A stretch of DNA of 64,000 nucleotides from Trypanosoma brucei (taxonomy: Eukaryota), in contig CP000068.1 of NCBI GenBank assembly GCA_000002445.1, forward strand, positions 896,001 to 960,000, written 5' to 3'. Positions 41,010-51,730 of this stretch are shown piece by piece (the first letter of the stretch is position 1; each line of letters begins with the position of its first letter). Under the pieces are notes generated by a model, which worked only from the letters and a program-made list of their open reading frames with translations, was not told the origin of the DNA and made no database searches. The translations under genes were made by a program, and so were the position numbers.

Positions 41010-44000
41010 ATGCCAGCAGGTAGTGATGACGAATTGCAGCAAGTTGTGCAGCTCACCTTTCGACAGAGGCATGAGGAGGTACTGGCATGTGAGGCTGTGG
41101 TAGTTATTGGTCGGAGAAGACCTTTTAAGACACCGAGACCGCGTTTGTTAGCACTGTGTCGTCCATTTTCTGCTGCAGCTCCCACCGGATCGCCGACGTC
41201 GAATGCAACGCTTAACGTTGTTCAGGTAGGTGCGGAGCAGGCAACTAATATCAAATTAGTGTTTGGTGTAGCCCGTCTCGTGGATATTGCGCAAGAGGAA
41301 GGTTTTGACGCAACGTTCAATTTTGGAAGCAGCGGCTTGCTCTCAGTTAGGTTTGGATCGTATATTCAACGCCAGATGTTTGTCTCCGCCGTAAGGAGCG
41401 TCCTGCGTGACGTTCAGCTTCTGACCCCTGGTGCTACAACTGATCACGATGGTGTGCAGGCGCTTCTCCTGGACGAGGTTGGTGCTGCAACCGAACATAA
41501 TATTGTAGCGCATGTGAAAAGCCAAAGGCGGGTAAAGCATCGTGCGCTTACTACGGAGGATGAACAGCAGTTGCAAGCGCTCCTGGGGCCACATAGTTTC
41601 GATGACATTCGTGCTACCGAAAAACTGTTGTCTACACACCAGAAAAAAGCGGAGCTGCTATCCGTGAATGACCTTGTGATTTCTGCTTGTGCGTGGGAGG
41701 AAGTGCGTGAACACATTTCGAGCATCATGGAGGATGTGGGGGAGATGGAAGCACGTATTGCACAGTACTCCAAGTGCATTCTTTCCCAGAAGGAACAGCT
41801 GCAGAGAATTGAGCATCAACACAACACCCTACAACGGAAACAACAGAACCTTCACAAACTGCAGGAGCAGCTACAAGTAGTCAGAGGGCAGCTTAACTTA
41901 CCACCACAGGTTACAGCGTTGCTCCAACGGGTGGGCGAAGCACGCAGCGAGGATTTGGAAGAATTCCTCTCTAACGAAAGCAATGTGCGTCGCTTATCCG
42001 ACGCCGTAGGGCTCATCACGTCACTTCTGCAGAACACAAAACTCGAGTCAGATTACCCTATTGCTTTAGTAGCCGCTCGCCGTGCGTTCTTCGCTGAGCA
42101 GCGCCGTGCGATTGCTCACCGTACCAAGACGTATATATTAGATGCTATTAGTCGTCACGAAAAGTTATATCTTACTGACCCCCGGCGATTTAGCACGAAA
42201 AATCAACTAATATGGAAAATGCACTTGGGAGTTACGAACATGATGACGAGTTTTCAGGAACTTATCAAAACCTTGAGGTACGTGGATTTTGAGGGGTTCA
42301 TCGCGGTCTTACGCCGCTACCGGGTGTGCATGCAGCGCGTTTACGCCCGAGAAATGCAGAACTTTTTTAAGTACCTTCGTGGGCAACTTAAAAAGGTCGG
42401 TTCGCATAGACCGTTTCTCATTGGGGTGCGTGACTCTTCCGATGGGATTGTTTTCTCCGGGTCGGAATCGACAAGGTCGGAGACTCCACATCGGCGAGGT
42501 AGTTTGGCGAACAGTGATGGTTTGCGGTGGACACCAACATGCAGCCCTCTAGGTTACCCGCATTCGTTTTGCCACATGAGCGGCAGCTTCAGCAGGTTAA
42601 ACATTAGTGCACCCACTGAAGGCCAGTTGTTTGTTGACTTACCCGTTGCGTGTGACGATACGCTTCGGCTCTACGATCCGATACACACACAAGCCGCCAA
42701 TGTGGGTCATAATTCTCCAACTCCAGCTCCGTCGCTGCTCGCTCCCACTGTCAGTAAAACAAACGGCCAATTAAAACCTGATGTAGCATTTGCTATGACA
42801 CTAGAGGCGGCTTTCTGTATGGTCCTACAGGAGGAGGACACTTTGCGGCGTTGCTTCGGTTTAGTGGAGGGGCGTGAAGAGTGTTCCAAGGGTGAAGAAA
42901 ATCACCATGATTTTACCCCCTCAGCTAGTGACGCTCTGTCAAATGTTCCTGAGTCAGATAAAGCCGGACTGCTGCGCGAGTCCCTTTTGGAGCTTTTTGG
43001 TGGCGATAAAGTGGTCCAATTTTATTCTGGTGCTTTGAACACAGCGGCACCCAGTGCCAAGCATAGCGAGAAAGATGATGTACCATCCGCAAGAGTGGAT
43101 GTTGATTGTGATACCACCACTGCCGACAAGAACGAAGGAAAAGTGTGTACCAAGTTGGAAAAGGGGCAGGAAGATGCCCAAAAGGGGTGCTATTTGCAGA
43201 AAGAATTGGTTGATCTTGTGCAGTACATTGGCGAGCGATGTGATAGACTGAATGCGTTGCCCGCCATGGTTATGATCAAGGCCTATCGTCGTGAAGGCAC
43301 ACCCACTGCTTCGAGCTCTTTCTGCCAATCGATACTGCAGGCCCTCGAACCAATTGTAGCATCACTAATTTCACAAAGCATCATGGAGCAGACGGCGTCG
43401 ATAAAGACGTGCGTGCGGCGGTATGTCGTTGATCCGTCTGGTTTGCTTAGTTGTTTTTCAGGGTTACCAACTCTTGTGCAAAGATTAGAAACAATGCACG
43501 ATTCCCTCCCGGTAGCAGTACGTACCCACAGCGAGTACGCTTCGGTTGTACTAACCCTCGTGGACCAGTGCTTCGAATCCCTTAACTGCATTACAAATCT
43601 TGCCAAGTCAGAGGCCAATTATGAGGTAAAATTAAGCAGGTTGGAATGCATTGTGCGCCGTGCAAACCGTATTTTCAATGCTGGTGGTGAAAATGCAAAG
43701 TCTGCGGAGCACGGTTTTCTTCAACAGTACCGCCACCAAGCTTTTTTCTGTCTCTTTTATGAATCACTTCATCCCATGTCTAACGCGGTGGAGCTTCTGA
43801 GGGAGAGGTACGACTCTTCGTGTGCTCTGCGTGACCGCTACCGTGAACTGTATCTGACACGTGCAGTACTTGTGAAGGAATTCCCTGAATTTGGTCCCTT
43901 TACACTTGTTGCTGAGGATCTGGCCCAGGTGCACACTCCGGATGACTTACGCAGCCATGCCGCTTTTTCTGTGAGCGCTTTGCAGCTTTTGCTCACCTCA

Positions 44001-44255
44001 CTACCGGAGGAAATACGCTCCGGAATTCCGGCAAGCAGCGGGAGAATGAAGAAACATTTTCTACGTGATGTTGCTCGACGTAAAAATGAAGTGGCCCTTC
44101 ACTGTACATTGCTCCAAAGAGCGTGGAGTGACTTTAGCGCGATGTTTCTGCAGAAGTTTGATTTCCTCGAGTCTATATTGCAGTGGTCGATGTACGCCAA
44201 TCTAAACTTGGATATCAAGCGGCACGAGGTTGTCCAGCTGCTGCGGGCTGTCTAA
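41010..44255 (+). CDS. Large conserved hypothetical protein (1081 aa): N-terminal small globular domain, coiled coil, then an extended helical C-terminal region; tethering/exocyst-like architecture (speculative)
   Basis: ATG at 41010. Coiled-coil stretch 'QKEQLQRIEHQHNTLQRKQQNLHKLQEQLQVVRGQL'. No catalytic motifs. Long alpha-helical C-terminus. Confidence 0.5.
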   Translation: MPAGSDDELQQVVQLTFRQRHEEVLACEAVVVIGRRRPFKTPRPRLLALCRPFSAAAPTGSPTSNATLNVVQVGAEQATNIKLVFGVARLVDIAQEEGFDATFNFGSSGLLSVRFGSYIQRQMFVSAVRSVLRDVQLLTPGATTDHDGVQALLLDEVGAATEHNIVAHVKSQRRVKHRALTTEDEQQLQALLGPHSFDDIRATEKLLSTHQKKAELLSVNDLVISACAWEEVREHISSIMEDVGEMEARIAQYSKCILSQKEQLQRIEHQHNTLQRKQQNLHKLQEQLQVVRGQLNLPPQVTALLQRVGEARSEDLEEFLSNESNVRRLSDAVGLITSLLQNTKLESDYPIALVAARRAFFAEQRRAIAHRTKTYILDAISRHEKLYLTDPRRFSTKNQLIWKMHLGVTNMMTSFQELIKTLRYVDFEGFIAVLRRYRVCMQRVYAREMQNFFKYLRGQLKKVGSHRPFLIGVRDSSDGIVFSGSESTRSETPHRRGSLANSDGLRWTPTCSPLGYPHSFCHMSGSFSRLNISAPTEGQLFVDLPVACDDTLRLYDPIHTQAANVGHNSPTPAPSLLAPTVSKTNGQLKPDVAFAMTLEAAFCMVLQEEDTLRRCFGLVEGREECSKGEENHHDFTPSASDALSNVPESDKAGLLRESLLELFGGDKVVQFYSGALNTAAPSAKHSEKDDVPSARVDVDCDTTTADKNEGKVCTKLEKGQEDAQKGCYLQKELVDLVQYIGERCDRLNALPAMVMIKAYRREGTPTASSSFCQSILQALEPIVASLISQSIMEQTASIKTCVRRYVVDPSGLLSCFSGLPTLVQRLETMHDSLPVAVRTHSEYASVVLTLVDQCFESLNCITNLAKSEANYEVKLSRLECIVRRANRIFNAGGENAKSAEHGFLQQYRHQAFFCLFYESLHPMSNAVELLRERYDSSCALRDRYRELYLTRAVLVKEFPEFGPFTLVAEDLAQVHTPDDLRSHAAFSVSALQLLLTSLPEEIRSGIPASSGRMKKHFLRDVARRKNEVALHCTLLQRAWSDFSAMFLQKFDFLESILQWSMYANLNLDIKRHEVVQLLRAV

Positions 44256-45221
44256 GTATTTATATGTAACACCTTGCTTTTTATCACCGCCGCAAGCGGT
44301 TTGGTGCGTTGCATTGTGTGCGGTTGATTGCCATCCCATATCTGCCTGTTTTAACGTTGCAAGGGGTGCCGATGTTTTTCAGCGCCAAGTGCCACTTGGA
44401 TGGTAAGTTGTTATCGTGCAACACGGGAACCGGTCTTGCCTCAGTATATGTGGATTGGTGTTTGATGGTATCGTATCAACTGTATGGGAAACTAACAATA
44501 CTTGTAGTTACTGCAGTTTTTGAGTTTCGGCAGTGAGAGTCCTCCAGCGGGAAAGCGGGCGGATGGTTTCCGAGCTCCTCTGAAGTTGCCTGATCTGGGC
44601 ATAGTGCAAAAGAGCAGTGAAAAAAAGAAAAAGGAGAATTAAAAGGATAGATTTGTGTGCACCGCAGGGGAAAGCAATGGAAGTACATGCAGCAACACCA
44701 ACTTTGTTACAATTGTTTAAAAGTGTAATTTTGTGCGCCCGTATGCGTGTGAGCGCACTGTAATTTTCTGAAGTGTGTTATGAGAGTATGAGATGCGCAT
44801 GTGATCGGCGATGAGCTCGCACGCTGAAGTTCCGTTGTGTGCTTCTTTTTGATTTCAGAGAGAAAGGTGGGTCGAGAAGAGGTGGAGGTAACGTAACGGA
44901 GCCTTAACTCCGATGGTGTTCGACCTCCTCTTTTCTTTTTGACGTAAGCACTGCGCGCGTGTACAATCATGTGTGTGCATGTGTGCTCTCTTCCTCAACA
45001 TCTGTTTGCTAGTGTGTAGTTGGCCTTCTCGTTGCTCCTTTATGCGAAGGTAATTTCTTGAAGTTGTTCGCTCCTTGCTTCTTAACCTTTCCGTTACTTG
45101 TCAATTGTGCTGTCACTTTTCGACTATTTTCTCTGGATAATTGTCCCCCTAAATTTTCCTCTTTCTTTCTAACTATTTAATATTACCCCAGTGGTAGTGG
45201 AAACGGTTTCAGTGTTGGACA

Positions 45222-45986
45222 ATGTCAAGGTCGCGAAATATCGTTGCCATGCCCCCGTCCACTAAAGTTCAGAATAGTGTTGAGTTTTCTCTAAGGCAGA
45301 GACTGTTTGACACACAGAAATTAGCGCAAATGCGCCTGCAGAGAGTCATGGAGTTGAAAGATGAGGTCGCTCGCCTGCGCGAATTACTTGGCAACTTGAG
45401 GGGCGGCGAAGAAGGTGACGACCCTGCTTCACCGCAGCGGATCAGGTCGCCCATCAAATCAACGATTCGGAGGGAAAATTTTTCTCCGGGAGAGCAAGGT
45501 GGAAGGATTGCCACTGCAGTTGCCAGCCGCCGGGGGAGGTCGAATGAAGCGGCTGCCCAGCGGGACATCATTGTTACCGTGGGCGCGGGAAGTAGGCGCC
45601 GCGGTAACCTTACACCCACCCGGGGGGCTACATCCCCTAAGGGGTCAGATAAGGCCCGCCCCATGGTGTTAAAAATAACTAGGGACCCCTCTCCGTATGC
45701 ACGGACTGCTCGTGCTTCTAATTGCAGCGGTGGTGACCCATTGGGGCTCTTTCACACCAGCTTTCAGTTGGCACACGGTAAGGGTGCAACAAACATACGG
45801 CGACTCCGGCCAACGCGGCGTTCATTGGTAACGGGGACTACCAGTGCGAACTCGCCCGAGCGGCGTTTGGGTCGCCGCTCCCCCACGAGGTTGCCACTGT
45901 CAAACCCAATGGGAGAGCACCTTAGCACCTCCGCCTCCATATCGTGCCGCGGCTTACATTCACCCACCGCGCGACAGAGGGCATGA
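45222..45986 (+). CDS. Hypothetical basic protein with an N-terminal coiled coil and many proline-directed [ST]PxR/K motifs
   Basis: ATG at 45222. 'LAQMRLQRVMELKDEVARLRELLGNL' coiled coil. Repeated 'SPQRIRSPIK', 'TPTRGATSPKGS', 'SPERRLGRRSPTR' and 'SPTARQR' motifs. Confidence 0.4.
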   Translation: MSRSRNIVAMPPSTKVQNSVEFSLRQRLFDTQKLAQMRLQRVMELKDEVARLRELLGNLRGGEEGDDPASPQRIRSPIKSTIRRENFSPGEQGGRIATAVASRRGRSNEAAAQRDIIVTVGAGSRRRGNLTPTRGATSPKGSDKARPMVLKITRDPSPYARTARASNCSGGDPLGLFHTSFQLAHGKGATNIRRLRPTRRSLVTGTTSANSPERRLGRRSPTRLPLSNPMGEHLSTSASISCRGLHSPTARQRA

Positions 45987-46734
45987 TGATGTGAGAACAA
46001 TATTGGTAGCTAAAGAACGCAGATCGGCGAGCGCAGGCTGAGATAATACCTCGGATCATCCCTTATAAAAAAGCAAGGGAATTAGTTATAAGTGATATGC
46101 ATGGTTAAAATGCTGTGAGGTTGCGGATGGTATGACAGTTGTCCGAAGCTGCGGTCATTACGAGATCTTATTTGTTTGTTGGTGGTCCAACAGCTTTCCT
46201 TCTTGTTTCGCAAACTAAGTGAACACCCGAGGGTTGACAGTGTTTTTCGATACCCGTCAGTACCTCCGTGTGGCAGTCAGAGATGTGAAAGTATAGTGGG
46301 GCATTTTCGGATGTATATGGAATGGTTGATTCAACAAAACCGAAAGGCTTCCCAACTGTACGATGTAGAATAAACTGGTTACAAAGGCACAATGTGCGAA
46401 GGGTTAAATAAAAAAGGAGGACCGACACCAGCGTCAGCGTCAGCTGCGGTAGAGGCCTGCATCACACCAAAGGGTTAGGGTTTGGGGAAAATAACTTGTG
46501 TTTTCTTTTTTTTTTTTGGAAACAACCTAACAGTATGATAACTGACAGACACCCAGTTGGTGCGTTGTTACTAACTCTGCGATCACTATCCCCTCGACTC
46601 CACTTTTCTTTTTTTTGTGTGCTATTACTCCTTTATCGTGTATCTTTCTTAATGATAAAAACAGAGTATTTCTTGGCTTCCACCGAAGATTGCTCATACA
46701 GGGTAACTCTCTTGAGAAGCAGTTTGTGCAAGTC

Positions 46735-47781
46735 ATGTTGCGGTGCAGCTGGTTTTTGCACTCAGGGTTTCGAATCCCCACAGGTGAAGAGATTGATGGC
46801 CAGATTCTTGTGAATCGTTTTAGCAGGAGGCGAGGCAAAGGTGGGTGGATCCCGCGTGCTATCACTGCGACCCGGTTGCAGGGGTGGGTTGCAATTGCTG
46901 GTATCCTTGTAGGTGCTGCGGTTTTTATTGGACCATGGTTTATCGATGAATATCGTGAAATGTTGGGTTACAAGTTCGTGCCGGAGCCGCCGTCAAGCAT
47001 GCCACGCATGTCAACGCAGTGGTGGGAAAATGAATGGCGTAAGGGGAACCCACTTTGGCGGGCTGGTGAGAGTACTGTCGATTTCTACACTGGCGCATTC
47101 GACTTTGTGCGTAATGTCACAGGTCGCACTTTGTACGATGCGACCGCGTTCAAACTCTTACAGAAATCGTCACAGAAACCGTTGCGGCCGCGTGCATTGG
47201 TGCCGCTATGCGGCGACTCACCAATTATAAAGGAACTAGCAGTGCGCGGCTTTGAAGTGGATGCGATTGATGCATCGGAAACGGCTATGCGATCTTGCGT
47301 GGAGCGGACGGAACGCGCTCTTCCTCAAGATGCATACGACCGGATCCATCTTCACTGGAAAGACGTGTTTTCACCGGAGTTATGGAATGGTTCACTCAAA
47401 AGTGTGAAGTTTGATTTCATATACGAGCGTCAAGGAATGACTTCGCTTAACCGCGATCAACGCGAAGACTACGCACTTTTGTTGAAGCAGGCTCTAGCTG
47501 ATGATGGCGTGATGTACGTAGAGGGGATATTTCGCACAGGGAGAGTGAAAGGGAATAAAATACGAGGTCCACCTTACTCTCTCTCACGGCGTGAGCTCCA
47601 ACAACTTTTCCCAGCTGATGACGGGTACGTGGTACAGTGTGAGGAGACGAACGACGCTATGACTAAGCTTAGCCGTGAAGACAAGGTGCTGCAACGTGTA
47701 CCTAAGGAGTTGTATGTTACTCCTTTTCATTGTGCAATATTTCGCTCGAGGAGTTTAAATCCGGGGGGTGTGTCCACATAG
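46735..47781 (+). CDS. Thiopurine-S-methyltransferase (TPMT) family SAM-dependent methyltransferase with an N-terminal hydrophobic (TM/signal-anchor) segment
   Basis: Track ORF starts at a TTG at 46615; the first ATG is at 46735 (MLRCSWF...). The hydrophobic helix is 'WVAIAGILVGAAVFIGPWF'. TPMT-family signatures are present: 'WWENEWRKGNPLW' and 'RALVPLCGDSPIIKELAVRGFEVDAIDASETAM'. Confidence 0.6.
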   Translation: MLRCSWFLHSGFRIPTGEEIDGQILVNRFSRRRGKGGWIPRAITATRLQGWVAIAGILVGAAVFIGPWFIDEYREMLGYKFVPEPPSSMPRMSTQWWENEWRKGNPLWRAGESTVDFYTGAFDFVRNVTGRTLYDATAFKLLQKSSQKPLRPRALVPLCGDSPIIKELAVRGFEVDAIDASETAMRSCVERTERALPQDAYDRIHLHWKDVFSPELWNGSLKSVKFDFIYERQGMTSLNRDQREDYALLLKQALADDGVMYVEGIFRTGRVKGNKIRGPPYSLSRRELQQLFPADDGYVVQCEETNDAMTKLSREDKVLQRVPKELYVTPFHCAIFRSRSLNPGGVST

Positions 47782-48049
47782 TTAATGAAAGCTTCTGAAG
47801 TGGAGCTCAGTCCCTGGTAGTTCGTTTGTGGGGTGACGAGCGAGTTGCGGCGGATCTACCAAAGTATGAGACGATGATGGATGTGACGACCACGTTACCT
47901 CATTTTCGTCGTGACTTTTTTTTTGTTAATATCTCTTTTCTGCGTACGCTATCTCATGAACAGGAACACCGACACGCTCCCATTTTTCTCTCATGATCAT
48001 TGTTTCTTGATTTGCACATTGAGATCAAGGAAGTAGCTGTACCGGAAGA

Positions 48050-49600
48050 ATGCGGAGCGCGTTGCGTCGGTGTATTCTGCGCCATCAAGGTTGCCTTCGA
48101 ATGAAGCAGTCCCTTTCCGCTTTTCCTACTGTTGTGACTGGTATGACCCGCCATCAAGGCAACTCTCTCATTGGCACAACTCATGGAGCGGAGTTATCCC
48201 TGGCGGGTGATCCACAGAGTGTATCGCACCTCTCTGCTCGCAATATAGCAACAGAGGCCCTGCAAATGAAAAAACTGCACCAGGAGCGCGGTGGAAATCC
48301 CATGTTAGCGCAGCAGGCACGCCGTGTGCTTTTCGCCACATCGATAGCGGGTCAAAACCTCGACGCTCGTTCAGTCGCTTTGTTGCTGAATACTGCCGTT
48401 TACTTTGGTATGGAGAGTGATGCAAAGTTAGTGAGGGAGTGCATCGACTACTGTTTGAAAAACGACAAACTTATAACAGTGGACGTGCTGCCTATCGTCG
48501 TTACCGCTTGTGCGACACTGAAGTCGCGTGACGCGCGTGAAGTTATTGAAATGCAAGCACAGAAAGCCGCTCGCAATGCCAAATTTCTTGATGCTAAGGA
48601 TGTAACGAATATTATAAGCGCCTTCTCGAAGACAGGTATTAATCACGAAAAACTCTTTGCTTTCCTATCGCGGCGGGTGCAAACACTCGCCCGCGTAGGT
48701 GAGTTCGAGGCGGCACATTTAGTTATACTTGCCAACGCCTTCTCGCGGCTACGTTACCGAGATAAATTCCTTTTTGGTGCCATCGCCCGCCGAGCGATGT
48801 CGTTACGGGAACGTGTAACTGTAAATGAGTTGGTGCCTCTCATCGTGGCATTCTCTAAAATTGGGTTGAAGGATCCGAAACTAAGCAAGAGGTTCGCCAC
48901 CAAGGCCATGGAGTACGTCGATCAAATGAATGCCGAACAGGTTGCAAGCATGTTCATGGCTTTTGCTTACTTTGGCATCCGTTACGATCAGCTCTTTGGT
49001 GTTCTTACGAACCGCGCGGTGGAGCTTATTGATGAATTTAACGCGCAGTACATCAGTACAACCCTCAATGCGTTCCAGCGCATTGGCATTAATAACCCTG
49101 AGTTATTTGACAACTTAGCAGAGCGTGCGCTTGCTGTAGTACAAGACCACGACGCGCGGGATATTTCCAAAACAGTTACCGCACTTGCACACTTTGGGCT
49201 GAAGGACGAAGAGCTATTTAAGCGGCTTGCCTCTCACGCTGCCAGCATTGCGGACCAGTTTGATGCCATGGGCCTTGTGAATACCGCCCACGCCTTTGCC
49301 CGCACAAATTTTCTTCAACAGGATATGGCTGTTGCGCTCTCAGAGCGCAGCGTGTACGTGTGCCGCTTACTGGATGCAGGGGAGACGCGCCGACTCTTGT
49401 GGGCACTAGCTAAATTTCAAGTACGCGATCCAAAGATATTAACACCTGTGTTTAACCGCTGTCTCGCCCTGCACTACGACTTCTTTGCGGATCCAACGGG
49501 TAGCGAAGAAATTGAGGAGATTTTCGACTTTTATGGCCCTAACTTCTGTCCCCCGTTGTACCAGTTGTATATTTCCCGTGGGTCTACACCGCAAGCATAA
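48050..49600 (+). CDS. Helical-repeat protein of FASTK-like / heptatricopeptide type; probably a mitochondrial RNA-binding protein
   Basis: ATG at 48050. The N-terminus 'MRSALRRCILRHQGCLRMK' looks like a mitochondrial presequence. There are more than 10 tandem units of about 35-37 aa with an 'L..L..AF...G......LF..L' periodicity (for example 'ISTTLNAFQRIGINNPELFDNLAERA', 'ISKTVTALAHFGLKDEELFKRLASHA'). Confidence 0.45.
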   Translation: MRSALRRCILRHQGCLRMKQSLSAFPTVVTGMTRHQGNSLIGTTHGAELSLAGDPQSVSHLSARNIATEALQMKKLHQERGGNPMLAQQARRVLFATSIAGQNLDARSVALLLNTAVYFGMESDAKLVRECIDYCLKNDKLITVDVLPIVVTACATLKSRDAREVIEMQAQKAARNAKFLDAKDVTNIISAFSKTGINHEKLFAFLSRRVQTLARVGEFEAAHLVILANAFSRLRYRDKFLFGAIARRAMSLRERVTVNELVPLIVAFSKIGLKDPKLSKRFATKAMEYVDQMNAEQVASMFMAFAYFGIRYDQLFGVLTNRAVELIDEFNAQYISTTLNAFQRIGINNPELFDNLAERALAVVQDHDARDISKTVTALAHFGLKDEELFKRLASHAASIADQFDAMGLVNTAHAFARTNFLQQDMAVALSERSVYVCRLLDAGETRRLLWALAKFQVRDPKILTPVFNRCLALHYDFFADPTGSEEIEEIFDFYGPNFCPPLYQLYISRGSTPQA

Positions 49601-50467
49601 TTATCTGACGCAACAGACCTGTGATTTGGAATTATTGAGGAGAAACTCGTAAATGCAGCTGTTGTGAACATAATTCACGACTTGGTATGTTCGTGACGAT
49701 GGCGCCCATACGAAAGCAAAAACAACGGACAACTGTTTTCGAACACGATTCTGTGAATGTCAGGTGGTATTTAGTGGGGCTCGTGTGGGTGTTTCCCATT
49801 CCTTTCTTCAAGGTTCCCAATCTTTTATCTACCTTGCTTTTGTACGGGCGTATGCGCGTGACGCACTGTCCAACACAAATGCTAATTCCTCTCGGAGGTA
49901 TTCTAGTATTTTCCTCTTTGCCTCATTTCCTACCAAAGCAAAGATGAAATGAAAAAAAAAAGAGAAGGAAGGATACCAGAGGGTAATATCAGCAGTCAGG
50001 GGGGAGGGGGTTACTTGGTGTGGTGTTGGTAGTGTTTTCATTACTTCGTTGTTCGCGCTTCCAGACTGATTAGAGATGGTGTCTCGAAATAGCGCGGTCA
50101 CTTGTTTGTGCACCTTTTAGTCCCTGGTATTTGCAGTGAGACGGTTGGAGTGGCTTTCGAAGTAGGTGTGTTCGAGGAAAGTGTGGCTCAAAAGGAAGGG
50201 AGTTCGGTAGTGCCACCCTGGCTCTAACGAAAAAAAAAATTATGGAGGGTACAGGCGGTACTGGCAATCTACCGCACTTTGGATGAGTGAATTGTGGGGG
50301 CCGCACGCGTTTGCCTCTAAAAGGTCATTAAACCACTGCTGCTTCTGCTATCTTTTTTTTGTTTTAAAACCAGTGGTGATTTTCTTTCTTGAAACACACA
50401 CGTTCTTTTTCCCTCACGTCTCATTTACACGCATGTGGAGGTACCCTCCAGCATATCTTTTAGTGCC

Positions 50468-51730
50468 ATGCTGAACAACAAGAAAGAAAACACGGATGAA
50501 CAAGCCGGCATGACTGTGCGGCAGCGGCTGCGGCAGAAGCGTGAGTTGGAGGAAAAACGAAAGTTTGGGCTTGCTCCGCTTTGTGTGGACGCGGTGTCGG
50601 GTCAGGAGATTAGCCCCAACGTGCCTCACCTCATATCTCAAGCACCATGGTACTACGGCAGTACCGGACCAACACTCGAACATCAGCGGCAGAAGAATGT
50701 GGAGGCTATTGAAGCTCTGAATGATCAGCGCGACGCCGTTAAGGTGTTTGATAAGCCGAAAACATATGTGGCTGGTGCGTGCGGCAATTGCGGCAGCGTC
50801 ACTCACAAGACGCATGAATGCTATAAACCACGGAAAAAAGTCGGCGCAATGTATAGCGGCAAGGTAACGGGTGTTAGTATGTCGGTAGAATGTGTGGAAA
50901 AAAATTACGCGCAAAAACGTGACAGGTACGCGATGGGCATTGGGGTTGACTTACTTCAAAGTATGAACCAGGATGGCGGTGTAGCAGATCAAGAAGATCA
51001 GGGTGGGCATAATGATGGAAGTGGAGGAGAGAAGCGATCGAAACTCGAGGATGTTTTTGCTTCGAAGACAGCGGTTTCTGGCGGTGGCGGTGGTGTGGCA
51101 ATTAAGGAACTACCGAAGCACTTGCATAACCTGGACGATGATGGACTCTTCTTTGATCCCAAGACGGGTTCGATGCGCGGCAATCCCAACGCAGCTGATC
51201 CCACGAAAATATTTCAAGGCGATCTGCAGCGCTACCGATCGGGAGATTATTACACCTACCTTGAAATGCAACTTCGTTTTCTCAAGGGGGAGTCTTCATC
51301 TTTCGTGGACTTTAGGTTGGACGAACAACTCCAAAAAGAAAAGCAGCAACAAACCATTGGCAGCAGTGGTGGTAACCCCAGCGGCGGTGGTGAGAGTGTG
51401 GGAGAAACGGCTCATGACAGACTGGTACGTTCCCTTTACGGTGATTCTACTCTTGTTTCCTCTGGGAACGCGCAGAAAATGAGAGAAGCTCTTGCTGCGG
51501 CTTCGGCGTACACCAGCTGTTCAGCACCAGATGAAGATACACTCGCCACTAGCGCGCCATCATCATCTCATGCTTTAGGCCCGGCAACGCGAAATGGCCA
51601 CTTGTATGTTTACGGAAGCTATTTTGATACAAAAGAATTTAGGTGGGGCTACAAATGCTGCAAGCGTCTGGGGAGGGAAGCAGAGGCATGTAAGATGGAA
51701 AAGGCTTCGACAACAAAGGAACTCGAGTAG
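50468..51730 (+). CDS. SLU7: Pre-mRNA splicing factor SLU7 (second-step factor) with a CCHC zinc knuckle
   Basis: Track ORF starts at a GTG at 50435; the first ATG is at 50468. 'RELEEKRKFGLAP...NVPHLISQAPWYYGSTGPTLEHQRQ' aligns with the human SLU7 N-terminus ('KKELEEQRKLGNAP...[29 protein letters not shown]'). The zinc knuckle is 'CGNCGSVTHKTHECYKPRKKVGAMYSG'. Confidence 0.85.
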   Translation: MLNNKKENTDEQAGMTVRQRLRQKRELEEKRKFGLAPLCVDAVSGQEISPNVPHLISQAPWYYGSTGPTLEHQRQKNVEAIEALNDQRDAVKVFDKPKTYVAGACGNCGSVTHKTHECYKPRKKVGAMYSGKVTGVSMSVECVEKNYAQKRDRYAMGIGVDLLQSMNQDGGVADQEDQGGHNDGSGGEKRSKLEDVFASKTAVSGGGGGVAIKELPKHLHNLDDDGLFFDPKTGSMRGNPNAADPTKIFQGDLQRYRSGDYYTYLEMQLRFLKGESSSFVDFRLDEQLQKEKQQQTIGSSGGNPSGGGESVGETAHDRLVRSLYGDSTLVSSGNAQKMREALAAASAYTSCSAPDEDTLATSAPSSSHALGPATRNGHLYVYGSYFDTKEFRWGYKCCKRLGREAEACKMEKASTTKELE

